Part shown: piece after piece, positions 37,638-54,191 of the stretch
Layout of the letters: each line of letters opens with the position of its first letter
Position numbering within the stretch: position 1 is the first letter of the stretch
Source of the DNA: Adineta vaga
Lineage: Eukaryota; Animalia; Rotifera
Reading direction: 5' to 3'
DNA length: 64,000 nt
Assembly (NCBI GenBank): GCA_021613535.1
Contig: CP075495.1
Coordinates: 10,850,001-10,914,000, forward strand
Program-made: the position numbers and the translations under genes
Notes under the pieces: model-generated
The model's input: only the letters and a program-made list of their open reading frames with translations
Databases searched by the model: none
Told to the model about the DNA's origin: nothing

Positions 37638-40600
37638 ATGCCACAAAAACAAGTCAAAGACGAAAATCTCTCGACAATTAATCATAAAAACATGTTTCTT
37701 AAACGGGCACTCGAAAAATTACTAAGTGAAAAAGATATAAAAAAATCTCAATATCAACAATTAAAACGAGCTTGTGAAACAGCATTAGCTTCCGTATCGA
37801 AAGATATACAAACATCTCAGTAAGTTTAGGAACTAAAAACATCATTTGTCTTTCAAAAATGAAGACTATCTTTATATATATGTTCTTATAGAATTACTGA
37901 ATCTTCGATTTTACCTTCAACAAATCATCAATCACTTAATGCTGAACAATATTTTCTTCCATTTGAATTAGCATGTTCATCCAATCATTCACGAATGGTT
38001 GAAACATCATTAGATTGTCTTCAAGTAAATATTAATCTCTATCAAACAGAGGAATATAAATTTTTCTATTCAATTAGAAACTTCTCCTACATGGACAATT
38101 GCTTGGTAGTGTTGCTGATCCAATTGATCCATCGAAATTATTGATCGATCGAATTGTTTCAACTATCTGTATGTGTTTTCGTGGTGTGCAAACTGAAGAA
38201 CAAGTCGAATTACAAATCATTAAAGTTGATCGATCAAAATTTGACAAACAAAGAAACTTATTGGAAAGATTTCGTTTTTTGTTTATTTTCAGGCATTACT
38301 AACTATAATGACATCTCAAACGATTGAAATTCATCAACGAAGTGTTCTACAAATAATAAAGACATGTTTCAATATTTATTTAACAAGTCGCTCAAAAATC
38401 AATGAAGCAACAGCACAAGGATGTTTGTCACAAATGTTAAATGGAATTTTCTCCAAAATGGAACAAAAAATGGTTAACACTTTCTTCTTGATTCTAAAAG
38501 AATAAATTTATCTTTGGATTTTTAGGTTTTATTAAATGAACATCGAAAACAAGAACCAACGAATAATGAACAAGAAAATATTGATACAAGTAAAGATTTT
38601 CCTTTTGAATCATTTTTGTAGAATATCATACAAAAAAATTCTATTTAGTTACCAAAGAAATTCTTGATGAATTAGTAGAAAAAATATGTTATGGTAAGAA
38701 GAAGAAAAAAAACGAATTTTGTCGTATAAAATCATATCGAACTTTCTAGATGAAGCAACACAAGAACGAGAAAATACAAGTTTGTCAACAAATGATATTA
38801 TTGACGATATGAGATCAACACAAGATGAAATAAGTAATGGTTTAGGTATATTAGTAGAGATTATACGATGCTTAGACTACTATGAACATGTTTATTTTAT
38901 TATTTAGATTCTCAAACAATGGATAATCAATCAACGACGAAAACTATAATGTCAAATTCACTCTCAGCTGAAGAATTATCAGCGGATAATTATTTCAAAA
39001 ATGCTTATTATGTCTTTCGTGCTTTATGTAAATTATCCGATCGAGATATAAAAGATAAAACAAATACTGATCCCAAGTAAAACAAAAGAACTTGATGAAA
39101 TTTCAGTGAACTATTTTTGTTATTTCTTTAGGACGAATTTGGATTTGAAATCTCGAATATTTTCATTACGTTTAATTATGCAAATTCTTCAAACTTCGGG
39201 TCCAATATTTCGTTCATCAGAAGATTTTCTATATGTTATTAAAACATATCTATGTGTCTCATTGTCACGAAATGGTGTTTCATCAATACCAGAATTATTT
39301 GAAATGGCTCTATTTAATTTCGTGGAGTTATTAGATAAATTTAAAGCACATCTGAAAATACAAATTGAAGTAAGTTTGCTTATATGTATTCATTTTTCCG
39401 ATTGAGTTCTTCGATTACTGACTAACACGAAATATATATTTGAAATTTAGGTATTATTTCGTGAAATATTTTTGACAATATTGGAAACATCAACGAGTTC
39501 ATTTCGACATAAATGGCTTGTTATTCAAACATTAGCAAAAATATCTGCCGGTAAGTTGACTTCCTTTTGAGAAAACTCTATTATTTCTGTAAATATTCTA
39601 TCTTATATAGATGCTCAAATAATTGTCGATTTATTTATTAATTATGATTGTTCGATGCGTTCAGCGAATATATTTGAACGTTTAGTTATTGTTCTTTCAC
39701 GTGCAGCACAAGGAAGACAAGCAGTTGAATTAGGTTAGAATATTGATAGTCTATAACAATGTTCGAATTTATTTGATTTCTTTACAATAGGTTGTAGTTC
39801 AACAGAAGAACATAATTTGAGAATGAAAGGTCTCGAATGTCTTGTTTCCATATTGAGATGTATGGTTGAATGGAGTAAAGATTTATACATCAATCCGCAT
39901 CTACAAAGTAATTTAGGTTTGTCAATTGTATTTCTTCTGATTATCGTTTTTCGAAATTGAACTATATCTTAGGACCTGATTCTAAACCTGTACATGAAAA
40001 TAATTACGAACATGATAGTAATCGATTATCAGTAGGTTATAATGGTAATGGCATACGTCGTACAGAATCAAGTGGTTCAATAAATTCGTCTCATTCCAAT
40101 AGTGGTCTTTCATCTGATACATCAAGAAATGTCAATGATTTTGAAATCGTTCGTCAACGAAAAGAATTATTTGAAAAAGGCATTGATTTATTTAATCATA
40201 AACCGAAAAAAGGTTTAGAATTTCTCTGCGAAAAAAATCTGATCAATAGAGAACCAGAAAGTATTGCTCAATTTTTTCATTCGTATCAAGATGTCTTAGA
40301 TAAAACGTTAATTGGTGATTGTTTGGGTAATGAAGACAATTATCATAGACAAATTATGTATGCATTTGTTGATCAATTGGATTTTACTACGATGGAATTT
40401 TTAGCGGCATTAAGAAAATTTCTATCAGGTTTTCGATTACCTGGTGAAGCACAAAAAATTGATCGATTAATGGAGAAATTTGCATCGCGATTCTGTGAAT
40501 GCAATGCAAAGTAAGTGTTTTGATCCACTAGAGTTCATGTACAACATATATTTACGAAATATTGACATCCGATAAGCTAAGATATACTAATCATTTTGCT

Positions 40601-43600
40601 TTAGTTTGGACACATTCGCTAGTGCTGATACTGCTTATGTCCTTGCATATTCTGTTATTATGTTGACAACCGATTTACATAGTAAAAATGTAAGATCAAC
40701 GAAATATTTGTTCGATTATGCATTTCTTATTCATGAAAATTTAGGTGAAGAAAAAAATGACAAAAGAAGAATATATAAAAATGAATCGTGGAATCAATGA
40801 TAGTCGTGATTTGCCCGAAGAATTTCTTTCCAAAATTTATGATGAAATTGAAAATGAAGAAATTAAATTAAAAGTAACAACAGTACGTCGTGGAGCAAAT
40901 GCAGTAGGTGCAAGTGGAGCAAAAGAAAGTAAGAATTGAATTATTAGTAGAATTTTCTTTTCATATGTTTATGTAGATATTACAAGTGATAAGCAACGTG
41001 AATTATTATTTGATATGCAAATGAGAGATGTCGAGACTCTAGCACGTGATTTAATGTCAAATGCTGGAACAATTCGTGAAGAATTTACAACTGCTAAACA
41101 TCTTGAACATGTTCGACCAATGTTTCAAGTAAATAAAAGAACAAGTGTTCAAACGAAATTTCATGTATATCTTTTAGAAAGCTTGGTCACCTTGTCTAGC
41201 AGCGTTTAGTGTAGGTTTACAAGATAGTGATCATATTGATCTTGCTCATCTATGTTTAACTGGCCTTAGTTATTCGATTCGTATTGCTTGTATATTTCGT
41301 ATGGAGGTTTGTATATTTGAAAAGAAAAATTTGCATTTATCATTATTGCTTGTATATGTAGCTTGAACGTAATGCTTTCATTCAAGCATTATCAAGATTT
41401 ACATTATTAATGGCTACATCTCAAGTCATGGAAATTAAAGCTAAAAATGTCGAATGTCTTAAAACGTTAATATCAGTTGCACAAAGCGATGGAAATTATC
41501 TTGGTGAAGCTTGGTATGATGTAAGTAAACAAGAAGAAAGTAGATTGAAATAGTTCACGTGTAATTTGAGGGTAATTGTGAAGAATAGAAGAGTTTTTTT
41601 TATTATGATTTAACATCGCCGAGGATAAAAATAACGAAGACAACGAAAAAGAAGTAGAACAGTCTATATATATATATATATATATACACGCGTTAGGTAC
41701 GCTTAAAAGAAAGACGCTATAGTAAGGGTACCCAGCTGTGACCTCGATAGGAGAATTGTTGCATTACGAAAATTTCTAATTTTTAGATTTTAAAATGTAT
41801 TAGTCAATTGGAATTAGCACAATTATTTGGTATCAATGGAAATAAAGCGAGATTGAGTGTATCAAATCATCATTCTCCTTATCCAAATTTACCATTAAAC
41901 AATGCATCAAATACATTTAGTTTACCATTTGATAATCTCTTTTATTCAGACAAAGGTTTGTATAAAATGTTGATTTTTGAAAAAAATAAAGAGTTTCTTC
42001 ATTTAGTTCAATCAGCTAAACGTATGCAATCGGCACAAGATCAAATACATGAAACAAGTTCACAAAGTATTGTCGTTTCTGTTGATCGTATTTTTTCTGG
42101 TTCAGCCCGACTTGATGGTGATGCGATTGGTAAGAAATAGATTGTTTCATTCGTAATTAATTCATTCAATAAACTTATTCTTCTCTTAGTGGCATTTGTT
42201 CGTAGTTTATGTCATGTTTCTATGGATGAATTACATGCGAATCCACCACGAATGTTTAGTTTATTGAAAGTAGTAGAAATTTCTTATTATAATATGGGTC
42301 GAATTCGTCTTCAATGGTCGCGTATATGGGAAATTATTGGTGGACATTTTAATAAAGTTTGAATTTATAATTTTCGTCTTCTTCGTGGAAAAATAATGTT
42401 GTATTTACTTTGTAGGCAGCGTGTATTTCATTGCAAGATGTCGCCTTCTTTGCTGTTGATTCATTACGACAATTGTCAATGAAATTTCTTGAAAAAGGCG
42501 AATTTCCTAATTTTCGTTTTCAAAAAGATTTTCTTCGACCATTCGAAGTCATTATGAAAAAGAATTCGTATGCAAATATTTCTTCGTTTCTGTTTTGAAA
42601 TTCTGTCTGATTTAGATCATCAACTATACGTGATATGGTTGTACGTTGTGTAACACATTTTGTTCATTCTCAAGGAAAAAATATTCGATCTGGTTGGAAG
42701 AATATCTTCAGTGTTTTTCAAATGGCTGCTGCCGATACCGATCCTCAAATCGTTGAATTAGCATTTCAAACATGTACACATATTATTGGTACGAAACTAC
42801 ATCCTTTGTTACGAAAGAGATTTGTTTTCCAATTGTGAATATATATATACATATATTTAGGCACTGTATTTGATCGACAATTTCCATCTATACTTGATAG
42901 TTTTCAAGATGCTGTGAAATGTTTATCAGAATTTGCATGTAATGCAGCATTTCCTGATACATCAATGGAAGCTATTCGGTTGATTCGACAATGTGCCAAA
43001 TATGTGGCAGAAAAACCACAAGTAAAATACAAGAGAATTATAACATTTTTTCTTATTTAATATGAATAGATTTTTCGTGAACATGCGGGAGAAGATTTAA
43101 TCAATGTACCAGAAGAAGATCGAGTTTGGGTTAAAGGATGGTTTCCAGTTCTTTTTGAATTATCCTGTATTATCAATCGATGTAAACTCGATGTCAGAAC
43201 ACGGTCAATTGAAAAACAATCTATTCGAAATAGTTTCTAATGAAAATATTTTTCCTTTCTTTAGAGCATTGACCGTAATGTTTGAAATCATGAAAAATTA
43301 TGGTGAAACATTTAGTCAAAATTGGTGGAGAGAATTGTTTAATGTTGTCTTTCGTATTTTTGATAATATGAAATTACCTGATACACAAATTGAAGTATAA
43401 AATCAAAATGGATTTTTTCCTCGAAATCTTTTTCGTCTTTTTTTTTCTTGAATAGAAAATCGAATGGATGACAACTACTTGTAATCATGCTCTCTATGCT
43501 ATTGTCGATGTATTTACACAATTTTATAATGAAATATCTGAAGCACGTGTCAATGATCTCTATTGTCAATTAAAATGGTGTGTTAATCAAGATAATGAAA

Positions 43601-45384
43601 TTTTAGCTAAATCAGGAACAAATTGTTTGGAAAATTTTGTTATCACTTGTGGACAACGTTTTTCTCCACGTGTTTGGGAACAGACATGTTCTTGTATATT
43701 GGAAATATTTCGTTCAACATTACCTGAAACGTAGGCTATTTATTTTCATGAAGTTAAATCACAAAAAAAGAACAAATTTCTGAATGAATGTTTTATTTAG
43801 TCTTTTGACATGGCGAGCCGATACGGAATCAACTGGCATGATAACAATCAATGAAACAACTGTAGATATATTTCTTCTGATTTTTCTCGAAAAATATTAG
43901 TTTATCATCTTTCCTTTTAGTTACTTGATCGTACAGACAGTTCATTTGATCAAGCCGCGGTTGAATCAGCTTCAAGTCAACATCAACGTATGATACGAGC
44001 TGGTAGTGTAGCAAGTGTAAATAGTGGAACATCGGATCAACAAGAATTGAATTCGTCAAATCGACAATCACCTGCGAATAGTTTAGATCGTTCAAGTATA
44101 GATAATATTTTCTTTTTTGATTATCAATTAATTGCTTTTTCATTTTATAAAACTCAAATAGATTATCGTCTTTTTCAAATTATAACAATCAAATGTGTTG
44201 TACAATTAGAATTAATTCAAACGATTGATAATATTATATTCTATCCATCGACAAGTAAAAAAGAAGATTCACAAAATATTGCTATTGCACATGTAAGTGA
44301 TAAGAATAGAATGATTTTCTTCATATGAACTAATCATTAACGAATTAACATATTAATCTAGAAATTAACTTGGTTTCAAACTAAGGTATAATCAGAATAT
44401 TTTCCGGGGAAAAATTGGTGGTTTTACTCTATTTGTCTAGTTTTATGTGCATGTTTGCTCCTTTATATAAAAACATTTCTTCGAAAGAACAGATTTGATT
44501 TTGAAATTCTTAAGATTTCTCTTCTGTGTATTATAGGCATTAGCAAATGCATCACATGGACAACAAAACCTATCATATTTTTCTCATTCGGATGATTTAC
44601 GTGATGATCATGGAATGTATAATCAAATGAATATCGATCAATTATTACTTCTTGTTGATTGTCTTATTGAATCACATATGTTTGCACGAACATTTAATTC
44701 AAATCATGAACAAAGAAATCTCTTATGGAAAGCTGGTAATGAAAAGACGTGTTTTTCTATGAAAAATCTACATGTTTTCTTCTCAGGATATCGAGGAAAA
44801 GCTAAACCAAATTTATTAACACAAGAAACACATAGTGTTGCATGTGCATTTCGAATTCTTTTTCGATTATATACAGATATAAAACGAAATGAATCAACTG
44901 ATATAATCAAACGACGAATTCTAAAGTAAGAACATTATTTTTAAATTCGAGATGTGTAAGATAAATCTATTATGATTCGAAAAGAAATCTTGCATATAGA
45001 AATAACGTGTCAATAGTTGTGCATGAACATATTCCGTTTAGTCTTCTAGTTTGACACGTGATAGTATGGAATACTATGTTGCATTACAATCGGAAAGTCA
45101 TCGTGAAGCTTGGACAAGTGTACTTCTTTTGATCTTTACAAAACTTCTCAAATTACAAGAAGAACGAGTAAAATTCTTTCTAATAAAAAACAAAACATCA
45201 CATTCAAAATGATATTCTCTTTTGTGTTTAGTTTAAATATTTCTCATCAGAAATCTATCCATTTGCAGCTGAAACAGTTGTATTTGATTTAAAACCTGAA
45301 TTACGTTATATTTTACGAGAATTTTTACTTCGTGTTGGTCGTGTATTTAATGTGAACAATATCACAACTAATTCAAATTCATAA
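37638..45384 (+). CDS. ARFGEF: Brefeldin A-inhibited Arf GEF (BIG1/BIG2, Sec7 domain), many short introns
   Basis: YFLPFELAC (DCB), NYDC (HUS), Sec7 [44 protein letters not shown] and [10 protein letters not shown]. Confidence 0.96.
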
Positions 45385-45855
45385 GATCTTATCATTCCTT
45401 TTCTTTTCTAAAAATTTAATCTGTTAACATCAAATACATTCCGTATTCAATTATCTCACTGTGCAAATGTCATTCTTACGATTACTATTATTATTCTTGT
45501 TGTTGTTGTTGTTGTTTTTCTTCTTCTTCTTCAACACAGTGATTATTATTTCTATAGTTATTTTTTTTGCTTGTTTTATCTTTATCTTGGACATGTTTAA
45601 ACACTTTTATTCGCTCTAGGTAAAACAAAAATTTGTTCATCAAACCAAACTATCTATTTCATACGCTTGCACAGATTTAGTTCGAAATTTATTTGACTAA
45701 AAAAAAGAAAAATTAACTAAACGAGAGAGATGATAAAATAAAATAAATACTTGTGTGAGCGTGTATGTAGAAGTTGTTATTGTTAAATAAATAAGACAAC
45801 TGTATATCTGAACGTTTTTGTTTTTGCTCTATTATGTTTTCTTCAATAATAGATT

Positions 45856-48105
<2,250 letters not shown>

Positions 48106-50528
48106 TTTTACTTTTCTCTATCGAACCGTCTCGGTGTGTGTGTTCTGTAGTTTTACTTAAAAAATTATAAAAACTATATGTAGTATTTGGTGATAAAATA
48201 AACCATTTGCCGTTTTGTCCTCAACTATCGCATTCGTCATGATATACACAAGAGAATTATTAACATTTGATTCAAACAGTATACTCTGTATAAAATTGAC
48301 TCAGAATATCTATAATGAACTTCTATTGAATATAGTTCCATGTTAATCACAATAATGACAAGTTCAATTTCCACTAGTTAATAAACTATTGATGTTTTGA
48401 ATACAGAAAATTTTGTCTCATATTTACTATAGGAGAAAAAAACATGTGTATATGACAATTTTGTATTCTTTGATATTTTATGAATAAGTACACCTGTCAG
48501 AGAGCTGTAAGTTAAAACGACAATTTGATCTATGAATATGACACTGAAGACTGTCATTTGTTCGGAAACATATGTTAGTTTTGATTTAATTCTTATCATT
48601 TCTTTGATTCTATATGAATTATAAACTTTCAAAGGTTATTTATTTATCACGAAGGTAAAATCGTTACGATAAATATCATTTTAGTATAAAATTTATCTTT
48701 GAATGTCATCATTTTATATAGTTTTCCTATTCAAATCAAAACTAATATGACTTTCTTTTTTCATTATTGCAAAAAAACATTCAATTACATTCTAAACAGA
48801 TGTTCGATCTGATCAATCACAATATTAATGATGTATAACCACAATATGTACATATATATATATATCATCAGAAAACTAAATTTAGATGTTAGTCGTATGT
48901 TTATCATTGAAAAGAGGAAAAGCACTTATCTCAGATTTCATCGCTAGAAGTGGAAAGAAACCCTTCTAAAATCTTTCAAATGAATTCTATCATTCAGCCA
49001 ATCATTAAAAATATATCTTAGAGAGAAATTTGTCACCAATCGCGCATGTCACATTAGCATTCTCTTTTATTTGAACTAGTATATATTTAATGTTTCTTGT
49101 CGCATCTTGATCGAATGGAAATGCATAAATGACAACGACAAGCATTTCTAATTTTGCCATTTGTCCAACAGCTGTCGCGAATAGAAGGTAAAGAAGAAGA
49201 AAAAAGCAAATTTGCTTTTTTGAAATTTGAGAAGAGTCATGCATCTTTCAAAATCTATGTGTATATGTTGGCATGTATGAGAAAATGAGAGAAGAAAAAG
49301 AATCGACAAGAGAATGTCGTCCTTTGTACATATTGATCGTTCTTTCTTTACAGAAAACGTTGCCATGATGAACTGACTGACTAGAGCACTGACTCTTGAT
49401 GATGATGATGATGATGATAGACAAGAATATGTTCTTCATATACGTCTATCGATGTATGTGTACACACATAGAGCACAGCTGTTTACTGTCAATTATCTTC
49501 TTTCAGTACGATAGTGTATGTTGTATATATGATGATCGGTGCATATAAATATATACACATAGATATCAAGGCGAATAAAAGACAGGGAAAGAAAAAGAAA
49601 GAAATATCAATGTGATATTACCACCATTATATTTATAATGTATAGTTGTTAGATCCACTTGTTTCATGACAGGAACGTAGAATATAAGAAAAAGAAGGAG
49701 AACTCTTCTATTCCTTTTTTCTCTCTCTCTCTCTTCTGTTGTCGCAATACCGATTGGTTCACATTTGTCATTATATATGAATGTCGCCTATCGTTCAACA
49801 TTCACTGTAAATTTGTCGTTAGAGAAAGAAAGAGAAAAAATGACTCGGAGCAAATCATCTTTTTTCCTTTTACCAAATAACAATAACAATATATATATAT
49901 ATAAATAGACGAAGAGAAAAAAGAAAAATCGACAGAGAGAGAGACGAGAAAATTATTGTCGGCATCACTGCCAATATTACCGCTGAGAGAAAAAGAGAGA
50001 GGGAGAGAGAGTATCGTTCGTACACATTCTCACAGTCCGCCACTTAATCCATCAAGTCGATCGAACGACAGAGAGAGAGAGAGAGAGAAAAAAATAGGGC
50101 TGATCATTATAGCTGAATGTGTATGTTGTTATTGTAATGCGATTAAAAACTCGATCCTATTTCTCAATCGAACATGATGAGTATCAATAGAAGAAATTGA
50201 AGACGATATAGACGCGCACATCTACATATATACATTTAATTGAGTAGTACTATACCATTGACTCATCTATCTATCTATCTATATGTAGAAAATCGATTTA
50301 ATTTCTTTTTTGTGCTCCGATTCATCTGATGTAGTTGCCTTTGATTTGAAATTGAATACGTGAGAAGAGAAGAGTTAATCAGTTTTTCTCCTTTTCTCTT
50401 TCTCTATTATATTCATTTTATCGAACGATTGGTGTCTATTACTATTATAGAAAAAAAAATACAAAAGAAAGAGCGGATCCGATTATCTATTTTTCTTTTT
50501 TTTTGTTCTTTCTTTCAGTTCTTTTCTA

Positions 50529-51776
50529 ATGCTTGAAAGCAATCCGATACTAACAACGACGACCGCTGGTTTCACTAACATCAATACATCACCAACAAGC
50601 AATACAATAGGTAGTATTTTTACTCCCGAACAAGTTGCTTGCGTGTGTGAAGTACTTCAACAAAGTAATGATATTCAACGGCTCGGTTAGTTTCTTCGAA
50701 AGATTTTCGTTATTATTAAAAAAAAATCTTGATATGATTTTAGGTGAATTTTTATGGACATTACCAACGTATGAACATTTTCATAATAATGAAAGTGTTG
50801 TAAAAGCAAAAGCAGTTGTTGCATTTCGTCGAGGGAATTATCGAGAACTTTATCACATATTAGAACGTTATCAGTTTGCACCATGTAGCCATCCTCAGTT
50901 ACAACAATTATGGTTACAAGCACATTATAGTGAAGCTGAAAAACTTCGTGGAAGACCTTTAGGTGCTGTTGGTAAATATCGTGTTCGAAGAAAATTTCCT
51001 TTACCACGAACAATCTGGGATGGAGAAGAAACAAGTTATTGTTTTAAAGAAAAATCACGTAATACTTTACGTGATTGGTATATACATAATCCTTATCCAT
51101 CACCTCGAGAAAAACGTGAATTAGCCGAAGGAACTGGTTTAACAACAACTCAAGTATCAAATTGGTTTAAAAATCGACGACAACGTGATCGAGCATCAGA
51201 AACAAATGATAGGCAAGTTGTTCTATTTTCTTTTAATGAATAACAGATGTGTATGTAAACAAAAGTTTTTCTTTCTTTCGACCTGCGTGTGTGTGTATGT
51301 GTTTGATTGACATTGATTATTTTTATTATATGTATTGAGAAAAGACTTGCTAATTGAAGAGAATAACAAACAATGTCTCTTCTTTGAGAAGATCAGAGTT
51401 ACGCAGATTTCTTTTGATAATATTTCATGCTGATAAGAAGAAACGATTTCACGTAGGTGTAGAAAAGAAAAAGAAATTCATGTTTGTATTTTCTTTTAGA
51501 AAAACGATTGATATCAGTCCTTCACATAATGGTGAGAATTCATTAGATGATCTTGAATCAACCAATAGTGAACCAAGTACACGTGCACCATTGGGTTTAA
51601 CAACGAATTTAAATACAAACGAACATTTTCATCTTGATTTTCCTAATTGTTTTACACATCCATCTCAACAACAACTTTATCATCATCATCATCATCATCA
51701 TCAACCAATAAAATCTTCAACTGGACACGTTGATTCAGCATCAACAACTATTTTGAGAGATTATCATTCACTTTAA
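50529..51776 (+). CDS. SIX1/2: Six1/2 (sine oculis) homeobox protein
   Basis: SIX domain [15 protein letters not shown]..; homeodomain with the ETSY tetrapeptide and [10 protein letters not shown]. Three exons; the second intron is GC-AG. Confidence 0.95.
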
Positions 51777-54191
51777 TTTGTCCTTTTTTTTCTTCTTTAA
51801 TGATCAGATACATACAAGAAAGCAAGAGAGAGAGAGTGAAAACGGAAAAAACCGGTTCTCTTGTTTAATATTATAGAAATGAGTAAGCACGATATGTCAA
51901 TATTAAGATTAAGTAGTTTATGTATGCATAAGAGAGACAAGAACTTGAAATATGAGATGTACCTTTTGCGTGTTAAGTGTATGAATAAAAGGACTTGCGT
52001 GATGATGATCAGTTGAAATCGGATCTTTACTGATGGACGACAATGACGAGAAAGAAAGAAAGCCCACATAGTGTTTTGTTTTGTTATTCCTCGAATAGGA
52101 CTGAGAGATTTAGTGGTCGATGATCGATACAAACATCGTTAGAAATTTATCTTACTTGACGCATGCCTATGTGTATAAATATATATATGCGCTTGCGTCA
52201 TAAAAGATCAAATTACTTTTACCCCTCAATCAATAGGAATACGTTTGTCTTTTGAACAGATATCGAACATGCTGAGCGAATTGGTCACACTTTTAAACAT
52301 TGCTTTTTCATCTATGGATAACCATGTCAAATAGATAAAGATATACGTAACAATTAGATCATTTATATCTTTACTTTTCAAGATCATTTTTCAAAATGAA
52401 AATATTCGATAGGTCGTAAATAAATATGTTTAATCCGTTTGATATATATTTTCACCGCTAATGATCAAAGTTTATTGTTGTTCTACTACTTGTTGATCAT
52501 GATAATGGTTGAATAAACAAACGAAGTATGATGTCAATTGATGAGAATAAAAACGAAGAGAAAAAAATCTTATTCGAAAACAAATGTGAGCTAATCCATA
52601 TTGACTTATTTCATAGTGGAGTAAAAGTATCTTTGTTTAGTGAAATTGATCTCAGATTGTCTTTAGAAACAAAACAAAAAAAAATAAGATTTTCTTATTG
52701 ACATTTCGATCAATGACTAAAAAAAGATCATAATTGCTGTCTAATCACTAATGAATGTACGTTGATGGGATCAATTTCCTGTTCACACTTTTTTTTACAT
52801 ATTCTATAGATTGAGATTGCATTCTACACAATATTTATTTCTGACACTTTAGGCTTGTATTGACACAAAATAATCTTTTAGTAGAGTTTAAACATTGCTG
52901 TAGAGAATGATATGAAACTAGATTAAGTAATTTTGAACGTAAAATTTTATAGTTGACCGATTACAAATGTTCAAACGAGATGGTTTTAGTGTAATATATA
53001 ATTAATCGGTTTTGTAGTATTTAATTAGAGTACGCTTGAATTTTATTTTTAGAATTGAGATTATTAAATCAGCTAGCATGACATATAGGTTGTTTATCTA
53101 CAAAATTTTATTCTATAAAATATCTTATCATTTATCTGCAAGTGTAATATTAATATACAGCAGGCTAAAGAGAAACCAGCAGGACGATAAATGCAAGAAA
53201 ATGACAATGTTGAATTTTACTCCTGTAAATTAGTTTGAATGACTTATGAATCTAGAAGCATCAAAATATCCTTTTAAGAATCAGTAAATCTTCATAATAA
53301 AGCTGACATCAAAAGGTTTTCTTTTTGAAAAGTGAATCTTTTATTTATTAACAACAATCTAGATATTCTTACGAAACGAATTATAATTCGTTTTCAATAC
53401 TTCGAAATCTTTTGAATTAGTAATACATCATATAACAAGAATTCTAAAAATGAACTTAATCTAATTTAGTTTTCTAAAAATAAGAAGATTCTTTTATTTC
53501 ATAATACTTACGATGCACTTTTCTCAATGCTATTAAAAACATTTTTTCTATTTTCTCTTCATTATTCTTTTTCTTTCAAGTAATTCAAAATCTTTAATTG
53601 AATAAATACATTCTTAATAAATTTTTCTAAAAAAAAAACCGAACATCTTTCTATTTGTGATCATATGAATAGATTTTTTATAACTAAAAAAAGGTTTTCA
53701 TCGTAATCAAGTATCTTTTTAAGAATAAGAAAAGCGTTGATCCATAATACGTAAAAGAAAAATACAGATGATCTAACAATTAAAAATCATGTTTTAATCT
53801 ACATGCTTTTTCCACTTCTTGCATCTTCAAAAGATATTTTAATCAGTAGAAAAAAGAAAACCTAAATTGGATATGCCATGTACGTCATCATATAATCTCA
53901 CCAAGATAGTTTTCAGTCGATTCCTCTTTCTTTCTTGTTCTTCTCGAAAGAAGTTTTATTTGACATAATTTTTTTATCATTTTCCTTGCTAGTATATCTT
54001 TCGTCATTTTCTTTCCTATCCTAGTTCAAAGTCGTCGTTCATCAATTCTCGAGCAAACATTTCTTCGTCAAATGACATGAAGAAAGAAAACTTTTACATT
54101 TATATTTGTTCTTATCATCTAGACTTTTTCTTATCGTTAGAACATCGTTAAGATTAGTGTCTATTTTTCAATCTTTTTAGAAAATCTTACA

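Noticed and set aside
48378-50177. Short ORFs upstream of Six1/2
   Set aside because: Microsatellite-rich non-coding sequence with no domain features.
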